A DNA stretch of 64,000 nucleotides, taken from a virus. A program made the translations under genes and the position numbers. The stretch's first letter is position 1; the number at the start of each line of letters is the position of its first letter. The notes below the pieces were generated by a model. That model was not told the DNA's origin. It saw only the letters and a list, made by a program, of their open reading frames with translations, and searched no databases. This document shows, piece after piece, positions 49,801 to 56,736 of this stretch. The stretch is from IMG/VR virus record IMGVR_UViG_3300009130_000002; one strand, written 5' to 3'.

Positions 49801-52007
49801 CAAATTTACAAATAAAAGGGAAGCAAAGACTTCATTACGTAAATATAGATCAAGATGATCTTATGGATGATACAGCAGATGTTTATATACAACATTATGC
49901 AGATGGAAACGATGCAGATACTACCTGTTTATTGCAGTTTGATTCTCCAGATTCAAACGGAAGAGTAGATTCAATAGCTGTAGGTGGAGATGCGAATGGA
50001 GGAATGAGCCCTTCTAGTGCTGGTGATTCTGGAGCAGATACAAACTTTAAAATGTTTGGTGCTAGTTCCTGGAGAAGTGGGCCACATGACTCAAATGGAG
50101 ACCCAGAAGTTGGAACCACTGATTGGGGAAATTCAAATCATTCCCCAGGAGGAACAAGCTACAGTCCGGGTAATGACTTAAGAATACACTGGGATGCATG
50201 GACTACTGACTTTTGGATTATGCCGACAACTAGTTATGCTCATGGAAGCAATGGTGTTTGGTCAGGAAATGCTCCGCAAGCAGGAGATTATTTTGGGCCA
50301 CACTCACAGGTATTCAAGGCTGGAACAGTCGGTGATAGTGGAAGATCTTGGGGATTTTATGTTGATCAACGCAATGGTAATAATCCAAATTTATCAGAAA
50401 TAAACATGTATGTGGTAGTTGAAGATTGGGCTACAGTAACAAATTCTTATAGATATGCTGGAAAACTGTCAGTAAAAGAGTGGACGCATATAGCGATCAT
50501 GAAGAAAAATAGCAACCTGTATGTTTTTAAAAATGGGTTTCCTATTTATTTTTCAGACAGCGTTAATTGGTGGACTACCAGTAATTATCATTTTGCAAAA
50601 TTTGCAGCAGCTGATGTGGTTCAAGATTTTTGTGGTTATCTTGATGAATTCAGACACTCTAAAGTAGCAAGATATGATGAGACTGCTGGATTCGTTCCAA
50701 GAGATAGTCGTTATGGAGCAAGAGATACACAATTAATAGTAGAAGATAAAAGTGGATATAAAACAGATGTTATGCAATCAGATCCACATTCAATTTACAC
50801 TACAGATATAATCCATGGGAACTACCTCATTAAAGGACAGGGGGAGTCCTCAAAAAGGATGGTAGAGTCTGCAATTTATGAGACAGGCGATTCCTTGTAT
50901 ATTCCTTCAGGCAGTCTTGTTACTGGAAACTGGAATGCATATACCAATGGCTGGACTCCTCAACGTTCATTTATTTCTACAACGACAGGGGTAAGCAGCC
51001 ATACTCATTCCTTAGTATATGGGGACCAGTCTTACGATGCTGGAGGATATGATAGGCAAGATAGTCTTGCCCCAAATAAACATAACTCCTGGAAACTCCA
51101 TAATAAAAACACAAGTATAAGGTCTAAGTTTGGAACCATGGGAGTGGTTACAGCATTTAGCGGAGTATACGGAAGCTATTCCCCTCCTGGGTTTTCAATT
51201 TACGATGGATGTATAGAATTCTGGATCAGATCGAATAATACAGATACTGGTACTGGTGAGTTTATGAGGTTTAGCGGAGACTCGTCACCTTATCTAAGCT
51301 GTTCTCTCAGTTTTTCCAATGGAGAAGGTAGTTTTTCTTTTTCTGGAAACAATAGTGGTCATGGACATAGCCATGAAGCATATCCAGCAGATCAAAGTAA
51401 TTTAAAATATGCAGCTGATGGAGAATGGCATCATTTTGCATGGGTAAGAAACGGAACCTTTAGTGGATTCTTTATAGATGGGGCTCTTAAGGCCTCAACA
51501 ACAATGAGTAATAACTATGATATTAAAGATGGCTACTATTGGAACAGGTGGAATGAAGACACTGCAGGGAGACAAAAGATTGGCTGGACTGATCCTTTGG
51601 TTTCGCAGACATACCTTTGTGACCTAGAGATAACAATTGGTCATTCAAAATATGGGACTACAAATTTCACACCTCCGTTAGAAAGAAATCAGGAAACTTT
51701 GATTTATACAAGTAGTTTAGGTTCAATAACAAACGTTTCAACAGTAAGCAGAGCTTTTGAATCTGGAGATATTCCAACTGTTTCAAGTATCAATAATGGG
51801 GCCAATATGCCTACAGGAAGTTTGGTGGCTTGGGCTGGAAGTTCAGCACCTACTGGTTGGCTTTCTACAGATGGATCTGACATCAGCAGAACAACTTATG
51901 CTGGTTTATTTTCAGTAATTGGAACAACCTATGGAGCAGGGGATGGTTCCACAACATTTGGGCTTCCAAACTTCAATAGCCCCGCTCCTTGGATAATTAA
52001 AACATAG
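43875..52007 (+). CDS. Giant tail fibre / adhesin (2710 aa) with three LamG-like domains and C-terminal tail-collar domain
   Basis: LamG-type units at about 48270-49140, 49920-50710 and 51190-51680 (D/EFW..P/S, W-x-H-[VIF]-[AV], GY[ML]DE[FL]R). Collar motif MPTGSLVAWAGSSAPTGWLSTDGSDISRTTYAGLFSVIGTTYGAGDGSTTFGLP at 51807-52004. Confidence 0.85.
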   Translation: MAINQNEIVDLLYKKLAYGVAKTNTELERSPTEENIPSPVSSFGNYIWISASSIPATPPASSNVIVERYQRVDDPTTHIELTRNTEVSNNRSWMAKDGNNDALRNWIPPVFGSGYSIKVWAGNPLTGGTRLYPKGSGNNDEFYFDYDSGTLNFIGNTVPVDAFTKIYIEGYRYTGSTDIGSFVADSLGDLLDVNLSGTIDIGQTIVWDGNEWINSMPPGGSDSNFLIVGPQAGEALLYDHTDSKFKNQYLNIENLGNVGDLSLHAGEFLKVNDTADGVDFALFSSLFTAGNKIDLSGSQIGHEPAMSPVDFAPGATITAQDWVGTETLHGQRYAASLQLKLLKDIEMDAEGHVLARVWTDITGELYNYVDKDEWQERWDRHVNVTTMSHSIWDVEEITGIDPQLRNGLTNQQLLIRNRITGDSGATEDVLQAIDHNGLLVIADHIPDPLDPPAHPTQKITEVHATHLLDIDLEVSNPPVAGDVLALQDVDGQGQLRWGYAALGEDQGESNSGISLTGNFANSFDIFVDKPDGSTDLRFRGIKFVDGGGAAITTDNHTWDDGTDPNAPFPLTVGLIKEDTDLPNVDTTLEIGFDPSKIRIYNLSDQMSPGDIGYPTEVLQSWRDDDPQGSRPGSGGGVPSTFAMQYADGWYSWDDTTGTNITDKPNTLSPDMWGAIQGGGGQDNTTHRSRRLRTSASPSWQQFSTPPQSLQQQIDDKLQLKYFIDHMTLGGKVDLYQDPSFGGYFSNTGHYGTPTDVTTSEGLTNPIFAGNGWAHEAKGIIFDASDLKHFEETGTWGASFRADTSEAAHLAGGYGNVDNDWYNDGIAEWSMAPFPDHFHTTRSVIKRHILTHDDNPHGVTHVHVKSDEAHWNANALSDAPLNISNPELGQILKFNPNANNGAGEWYNAGGEAYAGESNIGENHIPLDGNGDPITTGVGYFYKEKNHSAFALVFKGINSSSNLLTVTDSAEVVTLGFDETAIRFLDLDLTDANGATVWPPSLNTNTDVNTDTKATGQVLGWDGAVWSAVDAISNIDLANIQDNQYLTSSITGGVISWVGSDYTKANYLAGSDGAGGAESKEVTVDYSTIQDNEVLAYNAASSSWKAIGLGSVGQANELDSYAGTAPDPQNGIAGDPAVPLAAEGTHNKDGVTLYVKGVKDTDTIVVDTARSGSQYIAFKVNPVEVKLEDLGGSLAPAQIDTGGQPAITAGDLGALSGAAGGTGTLGSKIGNLETETARIDQEKAGQDELDTLSNAEDPVTGEKTAQAAYDKAAPEYTTGSAENGNLETVEVDEDLKMQPYEVGNTIPIWNANKLLNAPIDPSLAGTTDIVNADGDVIGKEYTSNLTLLQEGKYLKWDGTKWGLGGGGEIVEGEHGQFGFFWASNPLQSTATNIIKPTGGAFNFYEGNASIGEESKIGIHTSAPPEALSIAGFSPCLAVQQISSTNYEPEELIGWGKLYARTAIGGISAESKIVLHFDGPHNANSFINDGIGEVYFLPMHDADGNGTLEYNNVKTVSDKYVYGDSSGFFPGGFGDYIAGNNSTDITIAMKPFDLDFWMMPLGDYPLDADGNPDTSQPRNDPSGKRYLVGQYAMSESRWHLSVDFDSATHDFEFFYRDYDSYNATFTDYTITLQNPLSHQLQDGTWYHVVFQRYQVDHNGVQKDMWELHIADGAGGTGQGAPAVSATGEGIPHQMVWERTEPPLLIQSVDGELIIGHANRKGDEGGTGLNLGFRGYMDEFRFQIGSFINWTSLSVFRTFLLPYDTGQSSLIFKDSGGSYDLLNAAGVVRKLLDQDGDTRVEVDFNDVNDNTIRFRANGNEVATITKDGLNFVGGGTIARLDDHLNTNNVNAVVSQRAIKQAIDNISTSSIVDSGGQTYVHTEQTLNDYTIRMVAQGNEQLAIDANGIDIKSQLKLSGVSPAEGDAIIVDANGDLTWGTVAVDGIAAGGEGSLTTYTTSGTELGPATGLSWNLNLVNPEQTNLQIKGKQRLHYVNIDQDDLMDDTADVYIQHYADGNDADTTCLLQFDSPDSNGRVDSIAVGGDANGGMSPSSAGDSGADTNFKMFGASSWRSGPHDSNGDPEVGTTDWGNSNHSPGGTSYSPGNDLRIHWDAWTTDFWIMPTTSYAHGSNGVWSGNAPQAGDYFGPHSQVFKAGTVGDSGRSWGFYVDQRNGNNPNLSEINMYVVVEDWATVTNSYRYAGKLSVKEWTHIAIMKKNSNLYVFKNGFPIYFSDSVNWWTTSNYHFAKFAAADVVQDFCGYLDEFRHSKVARYDETAGFVPRDSRYGARDTQLIVEDKSGYKTDVMQSDPHSIYTTDIIHGNYLIKGQGESSKRMVESAIYETGDSLYIPSGSLVTGNWNAYTNGWTPQRSFISTTTGVSSHTHSLVYGDQSYDAGGYDRQDSLAPNKHNSWKLHNKNTSIRSKFGTMGVVTAFSGVYGSYSPPGFSIYDGCIEFWIRSNNTDTGTGEFMRFSGDSSPYLSCSLSFSNGEGSFSFSGNNSGHGHSHEAYPADQSNLKYAADGEWHHFAWVRNGTFSGFFIDGALKASTTMSNNYDIKDGYYWNRWNEDTAGRQKIGWTDPLVSQTYLCDLEITIGHSKYGTTNFTPPLERNQETLIYTSSLGSITNVSTVSRAFESGDIPTVSSINNGANMPTGSLVAWAGSSAPTGWLSTDGSDISRTTYAGLFSVIGTTYGAGDGSTTFGLPNFNSPAPWIIKT

Positions 52008-52081
52008 CAGCAACTTTAAATTTACATTTTCTGTTATAAAATAAAATTAAGTATCTAAATGGGGGATAAATTCAACACAAG

Positions 52082-52125
52082 ACTCTTGATTTTGTAGGTT
52101 TCTATGACAAAAAGCACTCAAGAGT
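52082..52125 (+). promoter_or_regulatory. Imperfect inverted repeat in the leader of gene 52141
   Basis: ACTCTTGA (52082-52089) pairs with TCAAGAGT (52118-52125); inner TTTTGT pairs with ACAAAA (52107-52112). Ends just before the SD-like AAGGA. Confidence 0.45.
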
Positions 52126-52140
52126 TCTAAGGAAATTTCT

Positions 52141-53145
52141 ATGGCACTTACAGATGAAGAGCTTGCAAGAATTACAAGTATAGAGACAGCAGTAAATACG
52201 ATTCAGTCCTATGTGACTAATTTGGCAAGCAAAACAATCGTTAAACAGTTAAATTTACTCAGAGAAAAAAGCATTGAAGAATTAAATACACGTATAGACA
52301 ATTTAAATGGAGAATCTTCTGATGGTTTAACCATTGAAGACCTTAGCTTGTTTGCAACAAAAGAGCAGATGAAGCAACTTCTGCTTTTGAATCAAGAAAG
52401 CTTAACAAGAATTGAAAATCAAGCGAATGCAAGTTCTTATTTGAGAACTATGGAAGATGTTACAATCGAGGGAGACCCAGAAGAAGGACAAGTACTCTTA
52501 TTCGATAATGTTGACGGATGGACAAACCAGGATTTAGCCAACGCAGGATTCGCATTAGCAAATCATGGACACAGCCTAGAAAGCTTAAGCAATGTTAGTT
52601 CTGCAGGGGCACAGGCAGGATATATATTACAATATAATGCCACCAATAATACCTGGGTAGCTAGCGAAGCAAATATGGCAATGATTTTGGATGGTCCAGC
52701 AGGATCATTCGGTATCTATAACGATGACACTTCGACAATCATCCCCCTTACAGCATTAAATTGGGATGAATTAACTTCTGCACTTACAGTTGATGGAGAT
52801 TTATCTCTCAGTGGAAGCACAGAAATCAAGGGAAAAGTTATTGACAATATAGGGGTGGCTCCAACCACTCTAGATATTTTTAATATTTCTCAATATAGGA
52901 CGATCAAGTATCTAGTTGAAATTAAAGATAAAGACAACAGTAGTTATTTATCGCAAGAAATTCTCCTAGTTCATGACGATCAAAATGTTTACATAAGCGA
53001 ATATGGTGTTATATTTACATCAGAGGACAATTTTACCACGTTTACAGCGGAACTGGATACTAATGCGGGCACGATTGCGTTGCGTTGCCAGTGTACCGGT
53101 CCGAATAATGTGGCTAAAATAACTAGAATAGTTATGACTGCTTAA
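52141..53145 (+). CDS. Short fibre/adaptor protein, triplet 3 member 1
   Basis: N-terminus paralogous to 39366. Two shaft repeats. C-terminal about 90-aa beta-domain (YRTIKYLVEI...QEILLVHD...YISEYGVIFT) shared with 53169 and 56737. Confidence 0.65.
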   Translation: MALTDEELARITSIETAVNTIQSYVTNLASKTIVKQLNLLREKSIEELNTRIDNLNGESSDGLTIEDLSLFATKEQMKQLLLLNQESLTRIENQANASSYLRTMEDVTIEGDPEEGQVLLFDNVDGWTNQDLANAGFALANHGHSLESLSNVSSAGAQAGYILQYNATNNTWVASEANMAMILDGPAGSFGIYNDDTSTIIPLTALNWDELTSALTVDGDLSLSGSTEIKGKVIDNIGVAPTTLDIFNISQYRTIKYLVEIKDKDNSSYLSQEILLVHDDQNVYISEYGVIFTSEDNFTTFTAELDTNAGTIALRCQCTGPNNVAKITRIVMTA

Positions 53146-53168
53146 TTTTTTGGAGGTATATATACAAA

Positions 53169-56100
53169 ATGGCAAACAAACAATTTATTGTAAAACACGG
53201 TATGGATGTCAAAAGAACCGATGGGACTTCGTCACTTAGTATCGCAGCTGATACTGGTGCGTTGACTATGGGTCAGGCATTAAATACAACAAGCACAATA
53301 GAATCGGGAGCAAAACTTACAGTTGCTGCTGGTGGTGCAGACATCAACGGAATGTTAGATGCAAAAGGTGGCTTAAATGTCACTGGTGGTGACGTAGTCG
53401 TTACCGGAAACTTAACTGTAAATGGAACAACCACTACAGTTAATTCAAACACGGTTACTATTGACGATCCGGTTTTCACCCTTGGTGGAGACGCGGCTCC
53501 GAACTCAGTATCCACAAAAGATCGTGGAATTGAATTCCGCTGGCATGATGGTTCAAACCCTAAAATGGGTTTCATGGGTCGTAGTAATGCAAGTGGAAAA
53601 TTTCTCTTCATTTCGGATGCTTCTATTAGCAATGATACCTACAGTGGTACTGCAGCAACTCTTGTTGGTGCATTAGAAGGTAATGCTGATACAGCAACCA
53701 ACTTTAACAGTGATCGTACTTTAACGATTACTGCTGATGATATCAATGGAACTAGCAGCACAAGTGCTACTGGCAATCACAGTGTTTCACTAACAATTGG
53801 TGCAAACAAGGTAACTTTCGCTAAGTTCCAAACTCTTTCCGACTTAAAAGTAGTTGGTAATGTTTCAGGTGCTACTGCTAATGCAGCAGAAATTAGCATT
53901 GATACAGACATGGCTGGCGGCGTTTCTGGAAGTCACGATTCTTTAGCTTCTGCTAAAACAATCAAAGAGTATGTTGATGCGCAACTTTCATCTGCTAACT
54001 CTATTGCAGAGATGACTGATACTGACATTTCAGGTATCGATCAGGCTCATGTTTTAGTTTATGACAAAGATGATGATGAGTGGCAGAACCAAGTTTTAAC
54101 TGGCGACGTTACTATGACCAAAGACGGTGTAACCGCAATCGGTGCACAAAAAGTTACTGATGCAATGATTCAGAACGGTGGTCTTGCTAACGCAAGTCTT
54201 ACTAATTCAACTGTTGCTTTTGGTGGCGTTTCTCTTGCACTTGGTGCAGCGGATACAACCCCAGCATTCAACTTAGAAGATGCAACTGGTTATCCTACTA
54301 GCTCTCTCGTTGGTACTATTACTAACGCACAGTTAGCAGGCTCAATTGCAAATGATAAATTAGCTGGCTCTATCGCTAACGATAAGCTTGCTAATTCAAC
54401 CGTTGCTTTCGGTGGTGTTTCATTGGCCCTCGGTGGGACTGATGCAACACCTGCATTCAATCTTTCAGATGCGACAGCATATCCAACAAGCTCACTTGTC
54501 GGTACAATTACCAATAATCAGCTTGCTGGTTCAATCGCTTCAACTAAGATTGCAGAACTTAACAACTTTTCTACTGATGACTTAGCAGAAATAGCTGGAA
54601 CAGAGGCTGAGAAACTTGCTTCTGGCAAAGCCTATTTCAGTGTAGCTCGTGGAAGAGCAGCTATCCCTGCTCCTACAGTAACTAACCCAGATTCAATGGG
54701 TAACTTTGAATATAATAGCACATCAGGTGTAATGACTTACACTGCCCCAACCAATGCAGAAACTGTAGCGCAATTTGACGCTTCAGCAGATGATGGTTTC
54801 AACCTTAGCAATGCTGGTGTAATCACTCTTGATCAAAGTATCAAGACTGGTGCTACTCCTACTTTTGCTGGCTTAACTATTACTGGTAATTTAGTTACTA
54901 ACGGAACTACCACTACTGTTAATGCCACTCAAATGGATATCCAAGATCCAGTTATGCGTCTTGCATCTAACAACGGTGCAGATAGTCGTGACATTGGTCT
55001 TGTTGGTAAGTACAATGATGGAGCTGACAAGCATACCGCTCTTTTCCGTGACGCAAGTGATGGAAAGTGGAAGCTTATCACCGAATCTACCCAAGCAGAT
55101 ATTTCTACAGCGAATGAAATCGTTGCTGCAAATGGAACTAAGGGTACACTTGTTGCTAACCTCGAAGGTAATGTCGTTGGTGACGTTACTGGTGATGTTA
55201 CCGGTAATGCAGATACTGCAACCGCTCTTGCAGCTACTAGAACTTTTGCTATCACTGGCGGCGGCATTACTGCTGCAGCTCAGGACTTCAATGGTTCACA
55301 AAACGTAAGCCTCAGTGCTTCAATTGACGCAAATGCAGTTACTCTTGCTAAGATGGCTCAGCTTGCTGACATGAAAGTTATCGGTAACGTTTCTGGCGGT
55401 ACCGCTGATCCAGCTGCTGTAAGCATTCTTGATGAAGATGATCTATCTTCTGATTCTGCTACTGCTCTTGCTACACAGCAAAGCATTAAAGCATATGTTG
55501 ACAGTGAAATCACTGCTGCTGGTTCTATGGCAGCTCTTTCTGACACAACTGTTGCAGCTGCAGCTGATGCACACATCATGGTTTATGACAATGCCACTAG
55601 CAAGTGGGAAAATCAGGTCATGGCTGGCGATGTAACCATGAGCAAAGATGGTGCAACTACTATTGGTGCTACTAAAGTAACCAATGCAATGTTAGCTGGT
55701 TCAATTGAGAATGGAAAACTCCAGAACTCAACTGTAGCTTTTGGTGGAGTAAGTCTTTCCCTCGGTGGAACTGATACAACTCCAGCATTTGATCTTCAGG
55801 ATGCAACCAATCTTCCAACTACTTCTCTTACTGGTACTATTACCAATGCGCAGTTAGCTGGAAGCATTTCAAATGACAAACTAGCAGGAAGCATCGCAAA
55901 CGATAAGTTAGCGAACAGCACTGTTGCCTTTGGTGGCGTATCTCTTTCCTTAGGTGGTAGCGATACTTCTCCAGCATTTGATCTTTCTGATGCAACTGAT
56001 TACCCAACAAGTTCTCTTGTAGGAACAATCACAAATGCACAATTAGCGGGTTCAATTGCTAATGACAAGCTAGCTAATAGCACTGTTTCTGGTAAGGCTC

Positions 56101-56627
56101 TTGGTACTAACCTTGACGCACTTACTTCAGCAAGTAATGCATTAACTATGTCTGGCGACTACAACGGTAGTGCAGCTAGAACAGTAACTCTGTCTCTTCA
56201 TGACAATGATGCTCTTGAAGTTGGCGCAAGCGGTCTTGATCTTAAGGACACTATCGCAGGTGCTCGTACTTTCAGTGAACAAGTTACTGCTAGTGCAGGT
56301 GTTGACATGGGTCAAGCTGCAATGGCAACTGCTACATATACAGCTTCAGATGCAAATGCAGGAACTGCAGATTCATTTGCAAAAGGAACTTTCCGTTCAG
56401 CCAAGTATGTTGTTCAGGTAACCAGTGGAACTGATTACCAGTGCAGTGAATTACTTGTAATTCATGACGGTGTAACTGCAAGCGTTGCAGAATACGGTCT
56501 TATGCATACAAGTGCAAGCGCACTTATGACTTTCGATGTAGACATCGATGGTGCTGATGTAAGACTAAGAGCAACTGGTTCTGCTAACGATGTCGTTAAG
56601 CTAACTAGAAGCTGCATTAAGCTTTAA
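53169..56627 (+). CDS. Repetitive fibre protein (1152 aa), triplet 3 member 2
   Basis: SD GGAGGT. Internal about 500-aa tandem duplication, with 63-aa repeats inside it. C-terminal shared domain FRSAKYVVQV...SELLVIHDG...AEYG. Codons are visibly GCT/ACT/GGT/CTT-rich. Followed by a terminator. Confidence 0.75.
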   Translation: MANKQFIVKHGMDVKRTDGTSSLSIAADTGALTMGQALNTTSTIESGAKLTVAAGGADINGMLDAKGGLNVTGGDVVVTGNLTVNGTTTTVNSNTVTIDDPVFTLGGDAAPNSVSTKDRGIEFRWHDGSNPKMGFMGRSNASGKFLFISDASISNDTYSGTAATLVGALEGNADTATNFNSDRTLTITADDINGTSSTSATGNHSVSLTIGANKVTFAKFQTLSDLKVVGNVSGATANAAEISIDTDMAGGVSGSHDSLASAKTIKEYVDAQLSSANSIAEMTDTDISGIDQAHVLVYDKDDDEWQNQVLTGDVTMTKDGVTAIGAQKVTDAMIQNGGLANASLTNSTVAFGGVSLALGAADTTPAFNLEDATGYPTSSLVGTITNAQLAGSIANDKLAGSIANDKLANSTVAFGGVSLALGGTDATPAFNLSDATAYPTSSLVGTITNNQLAGSIASTKIAELNNFSTDDLAEIAGTEAEKLASGKAYFSVARGRAAIPAPTVTNPDSMGNFEYNSTSGVMTYTAPTNAETVAQFDASADDGFNLSNAGVITLDQSIKTGATPTFAGLTITGNLVTNGTTTTVNATQMDIQDPVMRLASNNGADSRDIGLVGKYNDGADKHTALFRDASDGKWKLITESTQADISTANEIVAANGTKGTLVANLEGNVVGDVTGDVTGNADTATALAATRTFAITGGGITAAAQDFNGSQNVSLSASIDANAVTLAKMAQLADMKVIGNVSGGTADPAAVSILDEDDLSSDSATALATQQSIKAYVDSEITAAGSMAALSDTTVAAAADAHIMVYDNATSKWENQVMAGDVTMSKDGATTIGATKVTNAMLAGSIENGKLQNSTVAFGGVSLSLGGTDTTPAFDLQDATNLPTTSLTGTITNAQLAGSISNDKLAGSIANDKLANSTVAFGGVSLSLGGSDTSPAFDLSDATDYPTSSLVGTITNAQLAGSIANDKLANSTVSGKALGTNLDALTSASNALTMSGDYNGSAARTVTLSLHDNDALEVGASGLDLKDTIAGARTFSEQVTASAGVDMGQAAMATATYTASDANAGTADSFAKGTFRSAKYVVQVTSGTDYQCSELLVIHDGVTASVAEYGLMHTSASALMTFDVDIDGADVRLRATGSANDVVKLTRSCIKL
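53403..56090 (+). repeat. About 1.5-kb tandem internal duplication containing four 63-aa (189-nt) repeat units
   Basis: TGNLTVNGTTTTVN at 53403 recurs as TGNLVTNGTTTTVN at 54882. NSTVAFGGVSL units start at 54204, 54393, 55725 and 55914, with a partial copy at 56076. Confidence 0.85.
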
Positions 56628-56642
56628 TAATACTATAGGTTT

Positions 56643-56685
56643 AGCCTCCCTCCGGTTTAATCCGGGGGGAGCCTTTTCCTTTTTT
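56643..56685 (+). terminator. Rho-independent terminator
   Basis: Stem CTCCCTCCGG (56646-56655) / CCGGGGGGAG (56662-56671) with one G-U pair, loop TTTAAT, followed by CCTTTTCCTTTTTT. Lies about 15 nt after the 53169 stop. Confidence 0.85.
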
Positions 56686-56736
56686 AATTTTTGGAATTTG
56701 GTTAATATAAAAAAATCAGTGGAGGATATTTAAAAC

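Noticed and set aside
54204-56090. CRISPR-like array suggested by regular 189-nt periodicity
   Set aside because: Units are in-frame coding repeats with no conserved 25-45 nt DNA repeat separated by unique spacers.
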